Source of the DNA: Alphaproteobacteria bacterium
GTDB lineage: Bacteria > Pseudomonadota > Alphaproteobacteria > MPNO01
DNA: 64,000 bases
Assembly (NCBI GenBank): GCA_964291675.2
Contig: OZ219866.1
Span: 2,240,001-2,304,000 of the forward strand
Reading direction: 5' to 3'
Within the stretch, counting starts at the first letter, position 1; each line of letters opens with the position of its first letter. Below the pieces are notes generated by a model. The model had not been told where the DNA came from. It was given only the letters and a program-made list of their open reading frames with translations, and did no database searches. Of the stretch, positions 28,367 through 39,244 are shown in pieces. Both the position numbers and the translations under genes were made by a program.

Positions 28367-29596
28367 CTAGCGGTCGCGCCAGGGCCGCATCGGCCAGATC
28401 GGCTCGGCGACCGCCGCGAATTTGGGCAGAACGACCAGCTGCTTGCCGTCGCGGTTCTGCACCGCGCCGCACGGCACGTAGGGCACCTGGCCCTTCTCGT
28501 TGAACTTGATGCCCTTGCCGATGGTCGTGTTGTTGCTGATGTTGGTCGTCCGCAGCGCCGCCTGCAGGTCGGTGTTCCTGGTCGATCCGGCGCGCTTGAA
28601 GGCGTCGGCGACGATCAGCACCGCATCGAAGGTGTAGCCCTGGTTCGCCGTTATGCTGCGACCGGGGAATTTCTTCTCGTAGGCGTCGCGCATCTTGCGC
28701 GCCATCTCCTTCTTGTAGTCGACCCACGGCACCAGGCTGATCACGTCGTCGCCGTACTTGCCGGTCGCCTGAAGATAGGGGTCCTCGTACCAGCCCGGAC
28801 CGGTCGACAGGATGCCCATCAGCTCGACGCGCTGGCGCACCAGCTCCTTGGTGATGGCGATGGCGTCGTTGAGCCGGCTGACCGCCCAGAGCGCCTCCGG
28901 CCTGGCGGCCTTGACCTTGCGCACCTCGGCGGAGAAATCGCGCCCGTAGGGATCGTAGGGGATCTTCTCGACGATCTTGTAGGGCATCTTGAACTTGGGC
29001 GCGAGCGCCATCAGCGCGCCGGACAGGCTGGTGCCGAAGGTGTCGTTGACGTGCAGCAGCGCCACGCTCTTCGGCGTCGCGCCGCTCTCGGCGAACAGCG
29101 TCTTCTGGTTCTTGAACGCATCGCCCACGATCATCGGGCCGGTCGGGAAGTTGCGGAACACCCACTTGTAGCCGAGCTCGGTCAGCTTGGTGACGGCCGC
29201 GATGTTGACCACGAGGGGAATGTTCTTCTGCTCGCAGACCTGCGCCGCGGCCATGGTCTGACCCGAGTCGAAAGCGCCGACGATGATGTGCGCGCCGGCG
29301 TCGATCAGCTTCTCGGCCTGCGCGCGGGCGACATCGACCTTGGTCTCGGTATCGCCCAGTATGTACTCCATCTCCGGGTAGCCCATCGCGCCGAGCACTT
29401 CCGGGGCGACATCCGCGCCGCGCTGGCAGTCGATGCCGACCTGCGCCTGCGGACCCGACCGGGGGAGCAGGATGCCCACCTTGATCTTGCTGGCCGCCAG
29501 GCCGTGGCGCAGCGGGACGGAAGCGGCCAGCGCGCTCGCGCCCACCCCGGCCAGCAATGTGCGGCGGCTCACCGCCGACGTCATACGGGAATTCAT
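28367..29596 (-). CDS. LivJ/K-type ABC substrate-binding protein with Tat signal
   Basis: SRRTLLAG twin-arginine signal; KIKVGILLPRSG, AEKLI, GAFDSG. Confidence 0.88.
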   Translation of the reverse strand: MNSRMTSAVSRRTLLAGVGASALAASVPLRHGLAASKIKVGILLPRSGPQAQVGIDCQRGADVAPEVLGAMGYPEMEYILGDTETKVDVARAQAEKLIDAGAHIIVGAFDSGQTMAAAQVCEQKNIPLVVNIAAVTKLTELGYKWVFRNFPTGPMIVGDAFKNQKTLFAESGATPKSVALLHVNDTFGTSLSGALMALAPKFKMPYKIVEKIPYDPYGRDFSAEVRKVKAARPEALWAVSRLNDAIAITKELVRQRVELMGILSTGPGWYEDPYLQATGKYGDDVISLVPWVDYKKEMARKMRDAYEKKFPGRSITANQGYTFDAVLIVADAFKRAGSTRNTDLQAALRTTNISNNTTIGKGIKFNEKGQVPYVPCGAVQNRDGKQLVVLPKFAAVAEPIWPMRPWRDR

Positions 29597-29679
29597 GGCT
29601 TCCTCGCTTATCTGCGGCAATGTTCGCGAAAGTGTATCGGCTCGCCCGGGAGGGGTCCACAGAATGCCCCGGCCGAAGG

Positions 29680-30828
29680 TCAGAGCGTCGAGGCGGACCC
29701 GAGCACGGCGGTCACCTGGCTCGACAGCAGCCCGCCATTGCCGTTGCAGAGCGCGATCTCCGCGCCCTCGACCTGCCGGTCGCCGGCCATGCCGCGCAGC
29801 TGCTCGACGGCTTCGATGAGGAGGAACATGCCGTACATGCCGGGATGGACGCAGCTCAGCCCGCCGCCGTTGGTGTTGACCGGCAAGGCGCCGCCCGGCG
29901 CGATCCGCCCGCCCTCCACGAAGGCGCCGCCCTCGCCCTTGGCGCAGAACCCGAGATCCTCCAGAAACAGGATCGTGTTGATGGTGAAGGCGTCGTAGAG
30001 CTCGACCACGTCGACATCGGCGAGCCCGATGCCCGCCATGGCGAGCGCGCGGGGCGCCGACCGGGCCACCGCGGTCACCGTGAGGTCGGGCATGCAGGCG
30101 ATCTGGCTGTGGGTGGCCGACGTTCCGATGCCGAGGAGATACGCAGCGGGAAGCGGGAAGTCCTGCGCGCGGTCCGCCCTGACCATGACCATGGCCGCGC
30201 CGGCATCGGTGACCAGGCAGCAATCCCTGACAGTGAACGGATCGACGACCATGCGCGAACCCAGCACCTCGTCCAGCGTCAGCGGATCGCGCATGAAGGC
30301 GGCCGGGTTCAGGCCCGCCCAGCGCCGCGCGGCCACCGCCACCTCGGCGAGCTGTTCGCGGGTCGTGCCGTATTCGTGCATGTGGCGGGAGGCGGCGAGC
30401 GCATAGGCGTTGATCGGCTGGCGCGGCCTGTAGACCGTCTCGTAGGGCACCGGGCCCGGCCCCCGGCCGCCGCGCCCGGCGCTGCGGGCGTTGCTGCCAT
30501 AGGCGATCAGCGCGACCTCGCAGAGCCCCGCGTCCAGGGCGAGCGCCGCAGATTGCAGGAAGTTGACGTAGGACGAGCCGCCGATATTGGTGCCGTCGAT
30601 GACCGTCGGGTTCAGCCCGAGATACTCCGCCATCGCGAGCCCGATCAGCGAGTCGGCGAAGTCGGCGCCGAACACCCCGTCGACGCGCTCCCTGGCGATC
30701 CCGGCGTCGGCAAGCGCATGGTGGACGGCCTCGGCCATGATCTCCATCCCGGAGCGGCCCGGCAGCTCGCCGAACTCGGTCAGCCCGATGCCGACGATCG
30801 CCGCCGCCCCCCGCAGGCCGCTGGTCAT
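29680..30828 (-). CDS. SCP-x / Ltp2-type thiolase-like protein
   Basis: AAIVGIG, DCCLVTDAG, ELYDAFT, NTNGGGLSCVHPG, EAVEQLRG. Confidence 0.88.
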   Translation of the reverse strand: MTSGLRGAAAIVGIGLTEFGELPGRSGMEIMAEAVHHALADAGIARERVDGVFGADFADSLIGLAMAEYLGLNPTVIDGTNIGGSSYVNFLQSAALALDAGLCEVALIAYGSNARSAGRGGRGPGPVPYETVYRPRQPINAYALAASRHMHEYGTTREQLAEVAVAARRWAGLNPAAFMRDPLTLDEVLGSRMVVDPFTVRDCCLVTDAGAAMVMVRADRAQDFPLPAAYLLGIGTSATHSQIACMPDLTVTAVARSAPRALAMAGIGLADVDVVELYDAFTINTILFLEDLGFCAKGEGGAFVEGGRIAPGGALPVNTNGGGLSCVHPGMYGMFLLIEAVEQLRGMAGDRQVEGAEIALCNGNGGLLSSQVTAVLGSASTL

Positions 30829-31235
30829 CGGCCGCCTCCGCTCGCGGGCGCCGCCGCGGGGCGGAACAGGACCACCCGGTTGCCCTCGATCTCGCCCACG
30901 AAGGCGGTCACCGCATCGCCGATCCGGACCTCTTCCGGGTCGATGTCGACCACCCGCGTCATCATGCGCGGCCCCTCCGCGAGGTCGACCAGCGCGATGT
31001 TGTAGTCCTCGCCATGCCCCGGCCGGACGCGGACGACCGACGTGGCGTAGACCGTTCCCTCGCCGGACGCGGGGACGGCGTCCAGCTCCGCCGAGCCGCA
31101 ATCCGGGCAGAGCGCGCGCGGGTAGTGGACGTGGACGCCGCAGCTTGCGCAGCGCTGGATCCTGAACTCGCCCTCGGCCAGCCCGGCCTCGAAGGCCGCA
31201 TCGGGCCCCGTCCCCTGGAACCTTGTGTCCGCCAT
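30825..31235 (-). CDS. DUF35 Zn-ribbon / OB-fold protein (thiolase partner)
   Basis: QRCASC...PRALCPDC, SGEGTVY, LAEGPRM; overlaps thiolase start. Confidence 0.92.
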   Translation of the reverse strand: MADTRFQGTGPDAAFEAGLAEGEFRIQRCASCGVHVHYPRALCPDCGSAELDAVPASGEGTVYATSVVRVRPGHGEDYNIALVDLAEGPRMMTRVVDIDPEEVRIGDAVTAFVGEIEGNRVVLFRPAAAPASGGGR

Positions 31236-31327
31236 CCGGTCCGCCCCGTTTCTCCGTCCCTGACGGCGCGGTTTTCGACTGCCGGCGCGCGCGCGTCAAC
31301 GCCGCCCCGCCGGACAGCCGCTCCGGA

Positions 31328-32635
31328 TCACCTCATCAGCCCGGGGAGGAACAGGGAAATCTCCGGGAAGGCGACCAGCAGGGCGACGACGACGACCTCG
31401 CAGGCGAGGAACCAGGCCACGCCGCGGAAAATTGTGCCCAGCGGCACCTCGTCGCCGACCACGCTCTTGACGATATAGACGTTGAACCCGACCGGCGGGG
31501 TCATCAGCCCGATCTCCAGATATTTTATGACCAGCACGCCGAGCCAGACCAGGTCGAGGTTGAGCGCCTCGAACATCGGCAGCAGCAGCGGCAGCGTCAG
31601 CAGCATCAGCCCGAGCGGCTCGAGGAACATGCCGAGGACGACGTAGATCAGCGAGGTCGCCAGCACCAGCAGCAGCGGATCGAGCGCCCAGTCGCCGATC
31701 ATCTCGCCGATGAAGAAGGGAACGCCGCTGAGCGCGAGGAAGCGGGTGAGCAGCACGGCCCCGATGGCGATGAAGAAGATCTTCGCCGTGCCGAGGAGCG
31801 CCTCCATGACGCTGGTCCTGAACAGCTCCCAGCTCATGCGGCCCTGGGCCGCGGCGATGACCAAGGACAGGAACGCGCCGAACGCGCCCGCCTCGGTCGG
31901 CGTCACCAGCCCGGTATAGATGCCGCCGACGATGCCGAGGATCAGCACCAGGATCGGCCACACGTCGCCGAGCGCGGCGATCTTGCGCCCGAGCGGAATC
32001 TTCTCCCGCACCGGCGGCGCGAGACGGGGGTTGAGCGCGCAGCGCGTGACGATCATGCCGGCATAGACCACCGCGGTCAGGATCCCGGGCAGCACGCCCG
32101 CGATCAGGAGCTGGGCGATCGAGGTCTCGGCGAAGATGCCGTAGAGCACCATCAGGATGGAGGGCGGGATCAGCGAGCCCAGCGTCCCCGCCGCGACCAC
32201 CACACCGGTCGACAACCCCCTGTCGTAGCCGTGGCCGATCATCTCCGGGATGGTGATGCGGCCCATCGCCGCCGCGGTCGCGAGGCTCGACCCCGAGGCC
32301 GCCGAGAACCCGGCGCAGGCGAAGTTGCTGGCCACCGCCAGCCCGCCCGGCAGGTTGCCGAGCCAGAGCCGCGCGGCGTTGAACAGCGACGCCGAGATCC
32401 CCGAATGATGCGCCACCGCGCCCATCAGCAGGAACATCGGGATCGCCGAGATCGACCAGTTGGCGGCGAATTCGAACGGGGTGTTCTTGATCACGCCGGC
32501 GGCTACGCCGGGACCGCGGATCAGGACGATGCCGACGATCGACACGCCCCCCAGCGCGACGCCGATCGGCACCCGGATCGCGATCAGCGCCAGCACGGCG
32601 CCGATCCCGGCGAAGCCGATTTCGAGATGCGTCAC
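31328..32635 (-). CDS. dctM: TRAP large permease DctM
   Basis: AIPMFLLMG, GTLGSLIPPS, TPTEAG, IGLMTPPVG. Confidence 0.93.
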   Translation of the reverse strand: MTHLEIGFAGIGAVLALIAIRVPIGVALGGVSIVGIVLIRGPGVAAGVIKNTPFEFAANWSISAIPMFLLMGAVAHHSGISASLFNAARLWLGNLPGGLAVASNFACAGFSAASGSSLATAAAMGRITIPEMIGHGYDRGLSTGVVVAAGTLGSLIPPSILMVLYGIFAETSIAQLLIAGVLPGILTAVVYAGMIVTRCALNPRLAPPVREKIPLGRKIAALGDVWPILVLILGIVGGIYTGLVTPTEAGAFGAFLSLVIAAAQGRMSWELFRTSVMEALLGTAKIFFIAIGAVLLTRFLALSGVPFFIGEMIGDWALDPLLLVLATSLIYVVLGMFLEPLGLMLLTLPLLLPMFEALNLDLVWLGVLVIKYLEIGLMTPPVGFNVYIVKSVVGDEVPLGTIFRGVAWFLACEVVVVALLVAFPEISLFLPGLMR

Positions 32636-32650
32636 GTCAGCCGCCCCGGC

Positions 32651-33196
32651 TCAATAGCCGTCCCCGGCGCGGACTTCGAGCCGGGCCGAGCCGGGCCCGC
32701 CGGAAGCGCGGCCGAAATGGCGGAACAGCGCCAGCGCGACATAGAGCGCCATGGCGCCGAGGCCCACGGTCAGAAACCAGCGGCTCGGCCAGACCGCCAC
32801 CAGGTCGACCGAGGTCTCCCATGCCTCGCCCTCGCGGGTCCGGCGCAGCGCCTCGACGCCGGTGAACCAGACGAAGAACAGGAGATAGGCGAGCGTCACC
32901 AGCCCGGCGCAGCCGACCAGCGCGGCGCGCGGACGGCCGCCGATCCGCGCGGTGAACAGCTCGACGATCAGGTGCCCCTCGGCGAAGGTCACATAGGCGA
33001 GCGGCAGGAACACCACCGCCACCATGTAATAGGCGGCGACGATCTCGGTGGTGCCGTCGATCGGGTCGTTGAACAGATACTTGGTGGCGACGTCGGCGAC
33101 GATGTGCAGCATCATCGCCACCAGCGCCACGCCGCCCGCGATGGCGAGACCCTCGCCCAGCCGCCTGACGGGCCGCTCGGGTTCGAACGACGCCAT
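32651..33196 (-). CDS. dctQ: TRAP small permease DctQ
   Basis: DVATKYLFNDPIDGTTE, HLIVELF, about 4 TM helices. Confidence 0.88.
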   Translation of the reverse strand: MASFEPERPVRRLGEGLAIAGGVALVAMMLHIVADVATKYLFNDPIDGTTEIVAAYYMVAVVFLPLAYVTFAEGHLIVELFTARIGGRPRAALVGCAGLVTLAYLLFFVWFTGVEALRRTREGEAWETSVDLVAVWPSRWFLTVGLGAMALYVALALFRHFGRASGGPGSARLEVRAGDGY

Positions 33197-33366
33197 GCCG
33201 CCCTCCCTCGTTGCGGGCCCGTCACACTGTCGGCAATCGGGGCGCGCGGTCAAGCGCCGGCCCGGGCGGCGCGGGTTTTGGGCTTGGACGCCCGGCGGCC
33301 CGGCCGATAGAGTCGCACGCGAACGCTCGGATACCGGGATAACGAGAACCGACAGGGGGACGAAAG

Positions 33367-34488
33367 ATGTTCAGACGATCGATGCTCGCCGCGCCTTTTG
33401 CCGTCGCGCTGGCCTTCGCCGGGAAGCCCGCCCCGGCGGCCGAATACGTGTACGGATCGTGGAACAGCCCGAAGAACGTGGTGCTGACCGAGGGCGTCGC
33501 GCCATACCTCAAGGCGGTCACCGAGGAGACCGGCGGGTCACTGAAATGGAAGCTTCTGGCGGGCGCGCAGCTATTCGGCGGCCGCGCGACGCTGGCCGGC
33601 ATCCGCGACCGCATCGCCGATGCGGGCGGGCCGGTGATCCCGGCATTCACCCGCAAGGAGCTGCGCGCCGCCAACGTGGTCTACGACCTGATCAACGCGT
33701 CGGTCTCGCCGGTCGTCATGGCCGGCGCCGTGGCCGAGACTTACCATCTCGACTGCCCGGCCTGTAAGGGCGACTTTTCCAAGAACAACGCGCTGTTCCT
33801 CGCCAACTACGCGTCGACGCGGTTCAACCTCCTGTGCCGCGCGCCGATCGCCAAGGCATCCGACATGAAGGGACGGCGCGTGCGCGTGGTCGGCGCGCTC
33901 GGCCGCTTCCTCAAGTCGCTCGGCGCCGTTCCGGTCGGCGGCAGCCCGGCCAAGGCGGTGCAGGCGATCCAGCGCGGCAATCTCGACTGCATCGCCGGGC
34001 CGATAAGCTGGCTGCAGTCCTTCGGCCTCTGGGACCTCACCAAGCACGTGCTCGACGCCGAGCTCGCGATCCAGCCGACCCCGTCGGGCATGGTGGTCAA
34101 CCGGGATGCCTGGAAGGCGCTGTCGAAGTCCGAGAGGGCGGCGATGATCAAGCACGCGCCCGGCCTGATCGCCAACATCACGATCCGGGGCTACATGGCC
34201 GAGGACGTGCAGGTCCGCGCGGAGGCCAAGAAGCGGGGGGTCACCATCACCCCCGAGGACGGCTCGATGGGGCCCGCCTTCGAGGCCTACAAGAAGAAGG
34301 AGCTCGACATCGTTCCCGCGCTGGCGAAGAAGGACGGGGTGAAGACGGCGGACGCGATCGTGAAGGCGCATCTCGCCAACGTCGCCAAGTGGGAGAAGAT
34401 CCACGAGAAGATCGGCGACGATCCCGACAAGTTCGCGCAGGCGCTGTGGGACGAGGTGTTCAGCAAGCTCGATCCCGACAAGATCTAG
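33367..34488 (+). CDS. dctP: TRAP substrate-binding protein DctP, divergent from dctQM
   Basis: Signal peptide, DMKGRRVR, AIQRGNLDC, ALWDEVFSKLD. Confidence 0.85.
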   Translation: MFRRSMLAAPFAVALAFAGKPAPAAEYVYGSWNSPKNVVLTEGVAPYLKAVTEETGGSLKWKLLAGAQLFGGRATLAGIRDRIADAGGPVIPAFTRKELRAANVVYDLINASVSPVVMAGAVAETYHLDCPACKGDFSKNNALFLANYASTRFNLLCRAPIAKASDMKGRRVRVVGALGRFLKSLGAVPVGGSPAKAVQAIQRGNLDCIAGPISWLQSFGLWDLTKHVLDAELAIQPTPSGMVVNRDAWKALSKSERAAMIKHAPGLIANITIRGYMAEDVQVRAEAKKRGVTITPEDGSMGPAFEAYKKKELDIVPALAKKDGVKTADAIVKAHLANVAKWEKIHEKIGDDPDKFAQALWDEVFSKLDPDKI

Positions 34489-34498
34489 GGCAAGCTCG

Positions 34499-34525
34499 GG
34501 CACGGCGGACATCGTCCGCCGTGCC
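34499..34525. terminator. Hairpin between convergent genes (probable bidirectional terminator)
   Basis: Perfect 12-bp stem GGCACGGCGGAC-atc-GTCCGCCGTGCC; no clear U-tract. Confidence 0.55.
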
Positions 34526-34552
34526 GCGCCCTTTCGCGGCCGCGGCGAGCCC

Positions 34553-37000
34553 TCATGCCAGGACGCGCTCCCTCCCGGGATCGTAAAATGCTCTCAGCGA
34601 GGCCCGCGCGGGCCAGGTCTTGCCGGCGATCTCGATCTCGTAGCGTCCCGCCTCGATCCATTCCCGCGTGACGCCCGCATCGCGGCGGACATAGCCCATG
34701 CCGATCGCGGTGCCCACGGTGTGGCCGAACATGCCCGAGGTGAGGTAGCCCACGATCTTGCCGTCGCGGCGGATCGGCTCGTAGTGGTAGAGCAGCGGCT
34801 CGGGATCCTCCAGGGCGAACTGGACCAGGCGCTTTGTCACGCCCTCCTCCCGCTGGCGCAGCACGGCGTCGCGCCCGATGAACCCGGCGTTCTTGCCGTG
34901 CGCCACGGCGAAGCCGAGCCCGGCCTCCTGCGGCGTGTCCTCGTCAGAGATGTCGTGCCCCCAGTGCCGGTAGCCCTTCTCCATCCTGAGCGAGTTGACG
35001 GCGTGGAAACCGACCGGCCGCAATCCGAAATCCGCGCCATGGGACGCGAGCTCGTCATAGACGCCGGCGGCGAACTCCGCCGGCACGTAGAGCTCCCAGC
35101 CGAGCTCGCCGACATAGGTGATGCGGGTCGCGCGCGCCGTCGCGTGGGCGATGTCGATCTCGCGCGACGAGGCGAAGGGAAAGGCATTGTTTCCCAAATC
35201 CGCGTCGCTCACCCGCGACAGCAGCTCCCGCGCCCTCGGCCCCATGACGCCGAGAACGGCGTAGGCGGAGGTCACGTCGGTCACCGTGGCCCGGGAGGTG
35301 TCCGGGACGTGGCGCCTGAGCCAGTCGACGTCGCGCACCTGGCTCTCCACCCCGGTGACGACGAGGAAACGGTCTTCGGCAAGGCGTGTCACGGTGACGT
35401 CCGCTTCGATGCCGCCACGGTCGTTGAGCCACTGCGTGTAGACCACGCGGCCCGGCGGAACCGCGATGTCGTTGGCGCAGACGACGTTGAGCAGCGCCTC
35501 GGAATCGGCGCCCGAGACCAGGATCTTTCCGAAGCTGCTCTGGTCGATCAGCCCGACCCGTTCGCGGACCGTCCGGTGCTCCTCGGCCGAATACTCGAAC
35601 CAGTTCTGCCGCCCCCAGGAATACTCGTAGCGCGGCTCGACCCCTTCCGGCGCGTACCAGTTGGGACGCTCCCACCCCGCCGCCTCGCCGAAGCAGGCCC
35701 GGCGCGCGGCGAGCCGGTCGTGCAGCGGCGACTTGCGGATGCCGCGCCCGGTCACGAATTGCCGGAACGGCCAGTGCATGTCGTAGAGCAGGCCGAGCCC
35801 TTCGGCGACGCGTTCCCTGAGATAGCGCGGGTTCCCCTGGAACTTCTGCATGCGCCTGAGGTCGACCTCCCACAGATCCATGCCCGGGTGGCCGTTGACG
35901 ATCCATTCGGCCAGCATCCTGCCGGCGCCGCCCGACGAGCCGATGCCCACCGAGTTGAACCCGCAGGCGACGAAGAAGTTGCGCAGCTCGGGCGCCTCGC
36001 CGAGCAGATAGCGGTCGTCCGGCGTAAAGCTCTCCGGCCCGCAGAAAAAGGTTCTGACGCCGGTCTCCGCGAGGACCGGGATGCGGTGCAGCGCGCTCTC
36101 CAGGATGGGCTCGAAGTGGTCCCAGTCGTCCGGTAGCTGGCCGAACTCGAAATCCTCCGGGATGCCGTCCATCCCCCACGGCTTGGCCTCCTTCTCGAAG
36201 GCGCCCACCAGAAGCCTCCCCGCATCCTCCTTGACGTAGACGCCGGCATCCTGCTCGCGCAGCGACGGGGTGTCCGGGCTCAGCCCGTCGATCGGCTCGG
36301 TCACGATGTAGAAATGCTCGGCCGCGTGGAGCGGCACGTTGACGCCCGCCATGCGGCCGATCTCGCGGCCCCACATGCCGCCGCAGTTGACGACGAACTC
36401 CGCGCGGATGTCGCCGTGTTCCGTCGCCACGCCGGTGACGCGCCCGCCGCTCTGGAGAACGGCCGTCACCTTCGTGTTCTCGAACATCCGCGCGCCGCGC
36501 ATGCGCGCGCCCTTGGCATAGGCGAGCGTGGTGTCGACCGGGTTGGTCTGCCCCTCGTCCGGTATGAACACCCCGCCGACCAGGTCGTCCGCGTTCAGCA
36601 GCGGCCACAGATCGAGGGCTTCCGCCGGGGACAGGACCTGCACCTCGAGGCCGAAGCACCCGCCCATCGAGGCATTGCGCCTGAGCTCCGTAAAACGTTC
36701 CTCGTTGGCCGCGACCAGCACGGCCCCGTTCTGCTTGTAGCCGGTGGCCTGCCCGGTCTCGTCCTCCAGCGAACGGAGCACCTCGGCGGTGTACTGGGCG
36801 AGGCGCGTCATGTTGAGCGTCGCGCGGAGCTGGCCGATCAGCCCGGCGGCGTGCCAGGTCGTCCCGCTGGTGAGCGACTTCCGCTCCAGCAGGACCACAT
36901 CGGTCCACCCCGCCAGGGTCAGGTGATAGGCGACGCTGGCGCCGATCACGCCGCCGCCGACGATGACGACCCGGGCCTCGCCCGGCAGCTTGTCGGTCAT
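34553..37000 (-). CDS. GcvT-family FAD oxidoreductase (sarcosine / dimethylglycine dehydrogenase-like)
   Basis: GGGVIG FAD motif, TTWHAAG covalent-FAD His, [21 protein letters not shown] folate domain, 815 aa. Confidence 0.92.
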   Translation of the reverse strand: MTDKLPGEARVVIVGGGVIGASVAYHLTLAGWTDVVLLERKSLTSGTTWHAAGLIGQLRATLNMTRLAQYTAEVLRSLEDETGQATGYKQNGAVLVAANEERFTELRRNASMGGCFGLEVQVLSPAEALDLWPLLNADDLVGGVFIPDEGQTNPVDTTLAYAKGARMRGARMFENTKVTAVLQSGGRVTGVATEHGDIRAEFVVNCGGMWGREIGRMAGVNVPLHAAEHFYIVTEPIDGLSPDTPSLREQDAGVYVKEDAGRLLVGAFEKEAKPWGMDGIPEDFEFGQLPDDWDHFEPILESALHRIPVLAETGVRTFFCGPESFTPDDRYLLGEAPELRNFFVACGFNSVGIGSSGGAGRMLAEWIVNGHPGMDLWEVDLRRMQKFQGNPRYLRERVAEGLGLLYDMHWPFRQFVTGRGIRKSPLHDRLAARRACFGEAAGWERPNWYAPEGVEPRYEYSWGRQNWFEYSAEEHRTVRERVGLIDQSSFGKILVSGADSEALLNVVCANDIAVPPGRVVYTQWLNDRGGIEADVTVTRLAEDRFLVVTGVESQVRDVDWLRRHVPDTSRATVTDVTSAYAVLGVMGPRARELLSRVSDADLGNNAFPFASSREIDIAHATARATRITYVGELGWELYVPAEFAAGVYDELASHGADFGLRPVGFHAVNSLRMEKGYRHWGHDISDEDTPQEAGLGFAVAHGKNAGFIGRDAVLRQREEGVTKRLVQFALEDPEPLLYHYEPIRRDGKIVGYLTSGMFGHTVGTAIGMGYVRRDAGVTREWIEAGRYEIEIAGKTWPARASLRAFYDPGRERVLA

Positions 37001-37086
37001 GCGCAACTCCCAAATACGGATGCGATTGCATGGCCCGCCGCGCGGGCTAGAGTCCGGGCCTGAATCCGATACCGGAGGAGCGGGCC

Positions 37087-38229
37087 ATGACCGAGGCCAG
37101 CCAGCCCGAGGTGCATCGCGGCCTGAAGGATCTGTGCTTCGAGCGATCGCCGACCACGTTCATCGACGGCCGGGAAGGCGAGCTGCGGTATCGCGGGTAC
37201 TCGATCCACGACCTCGCCGCGCATTCGTCCTTCGAGGAGACCGCCTACCTCCTGCTCCATGGCGAGCTGCCCGGGCGGTCCGAGCTCGCGGCCTTCGATG
37301 CGGCGCTCAAGGAGGCGCGCGCCCTGCCGGAATCCGTCCACGACGTCATCCGCGCGGTGAAGGACGCCCATCCCATGGACGTGCTGCGGACCGCGGTCTC
37401 CGCGCTTGCCGCCAACGACCCGGAGACGGACGACAATTCGCTCGATGCGACCCGCCGCAAGGGCATCCGGCTGACGGCGCAGGTGCCGATGATCGTGACC
37501 GCGCACCACCACATGCGCCACGGCCGGGACCCGGTACCGCCGAGCCCCGAGCTCGGCCACGCGGCGAATTTCCTCTTCATGCTCAAGGGGGAGGCGCCGA
37601 GCGGGGACGCCGGCGCGCTGATGGACACCGACATGGTGCTGCATGCCGAGCACGGCTCCAACGCGTCCTCCTTCACGGCGCGGGTGGTGGTGAGCACCGA
37701 GGCGAACCTGCATGCCGGGATCACCGCGGCGGTGGCCGCGCTCTCCGGCCCGGCGCATGGCGGCGCGGCGGAGAACGTGATGCGCATGGCCCGGGAGATC
37801 GGCGACCCGGCGAAGGCGGCGGGCTATGTCAGGGCGAAGCGAAAGGCGCGCGAGCCGATCATGGGTTTCGGCCACCGGGTCTACCGCGCGGAAGACCCGC
37901 GCGCGCGGCACATGCGCGACGGGGTCAGGCGCCTGTCGGAGGAGATGGGCGAGCCCCGCTGGCACGCGATCCTCGAAGCGCTGGTGGACGCGATGAGCCC
38001 CTATGCGCGCCACGGCGTCTGCGTGAACGTCGATTTCTATGCCGGCGTGGTCTACTACCTGCACGGGATCCCCGAGGATCTGTTCGTGCCGATCTTCGCT
38101 ATCGGCCGCATCCCGGGCTGGACGGTGCAGGCGATGGAGCAGCTCGACAACAACATCCTGATCCGCCCACGCCTCCTCTATACCGGGCCGGAGGCCAGGG
38201 AATACGTCCCGATCGACGAACGCGGCTGA
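37087..38229 (+). CDS. Citrate synthase / 2-methylcitrate synthase (short type)
   Basis: [37 protein letters not shown]. Confidence 0.92.
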   Translation: MTEASQPEVHRGLKDLCFERSPTTFIDGREGELRYRGYSIHDLAAHSSFEETAYLLLHGELPGRSELAAFDAALKEARALPESVHDVIRAVKDAHPMDVLRTAVSALAANDPETDDNSLDATRRKGIRLTAQVPMIVTAHHHMRHGRDPVPPSPELGHAANFLFMLKGEAPSGDAGALMDTDMVLHAEHGSNASSFTARVVVSTEANLHAGITAAVAALSGPAHGGAAENVMRMAREIGDPAKAAGYVRAKRKAREPIMGFGHRVYRAEDPRARHMRDGVRRLSEEMGEPRWHAILEALVDAMSPYARHGVCVNVDFYAGVVYYLHGIPEDLFVPIFAIGRIPGWTVQAMEQLDNNILIRPRLLYTGPEAREYVPIDERG

Positions 38230-38254
38230 ACGCCGCGCGCGCCCGGTTCCCGGT

Positions 38255-39226
38255 TCACGACATCGCCGCGGCGATCGCCGCCGCGGCCACCACGTCGTCC
38301 ACCTCCGCCCCGCGCGAGAGATCGCATAACGGTCGCGCGAATCCCTGCAGGAACGGCCCGATGGCGCGCGCGCCGCCCAGATGCTCGCTCAGCTTGTAGC
38401 CGATGTTGCCGGCGTCGAGGTCCGGGAACACCAGCACATTGGCCCTTCCCGCGACATCGCTTGCGTGCCTGGTCTTGAGCGCGGCGATCCGCGGCACCAG
38501 CGCGGCATCCGCCTGGAGCTCGCCATCGACCGCGATCTCCGGCGCGCGCGCGCGCACGATCTCCACCGCCCGGCTTACCTTCTCCACCTTGCCGTGCCTT
38601 GCGCTGCCATGGGTCGAGAACGACAGCATCGCCACAAGCGGCACGACGCCCAGCAGCCGCTCGGCGCTGCGCGCCGAGGCGATTGCGATATCCGCGAGCT
38701 GTTCGGCATCCGGGTCGACATTGACCGCGCAGTCGGCGAAGACGAGGGGGTTGCCGCCCGCGCGGGGCAGCATGATGAAGAAGCTGGAGGGCGTCGCGAT
38801 GCCCTCCGCCAGGCCGACCGACATCAGCCCCGCCTCGATCACCCGCGCCGTGGGCTGGGTGGCTCCGGCCACCAGCGCATCCGCGTCGCCCGCCGTCACC
38901 GCCATCGCGGCGTAGAACAGCGGCTTCGAGAGGATGCGCCGCGCCATCCTCTCGCTCGCCTTCGGCCGGCGCTCGACATAGAGCGACGCGTAGCGGTCGA
39001 GCGCGCCACAAGCCGTCGAGACGGTGTGCAACGCGTCCAGCGAAACGCCGGCGGACGCGGCCGTCTCCTCCAGCGCCGCGCGCTCGCCGATCAGTATGGG
39101 GCGGGCGATGCCGTCGTCGTGCAGGCGCCGCGCCGCGCGGACGATCCTCGGGTCATCGCCTTCCGGCAGCACGACGGCGCGCCGATGCGCCTTCGCGCGC
39201 TCGATCAGCCGTGCGACGATGTCCAT
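38255..39226 (-). CDS. pta: Phosphate acetyltransferase
   Basis: [41 protein letters not shown]; directly after xsc. Confidence 0.95.
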   Translation of the reverse strand: MDIVARLIERAKAHRRAVVLPEGDDPRIVRAARRLHDDGIARPILIGERAALEETAASAGVSLDALHTVSTACGALDRYASLYVERRPKASERMARRILSKPLFYAAMAVTAGDADALVAGATQPTARVIEAGLMSVGLAEGIATPSSFFIMLPRAGGNPLVFADCAVNVDPDAEQLADIAIASARSAERLLGVVPLVAMLSFSTHGSARHGKVEKVSRAVEIVRARAPEIAVDGELQADAALVPRIAALKTRHASDVAGRANVLVFPDLDAGNIGYKLSEHLGGARAIGPFLQGFARPLCDLSRGAEVDDVVAAAAIAAAMS

Positions 39227-39244
39227 CGACGGCCCCCGAACCCA

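Noticed and set aside
34420-34482. 12-bp direct repeat GATCCCGACAAG
   Set aside because: Encodes a repeated DPDK peptide inside dctP; no sign of mobility
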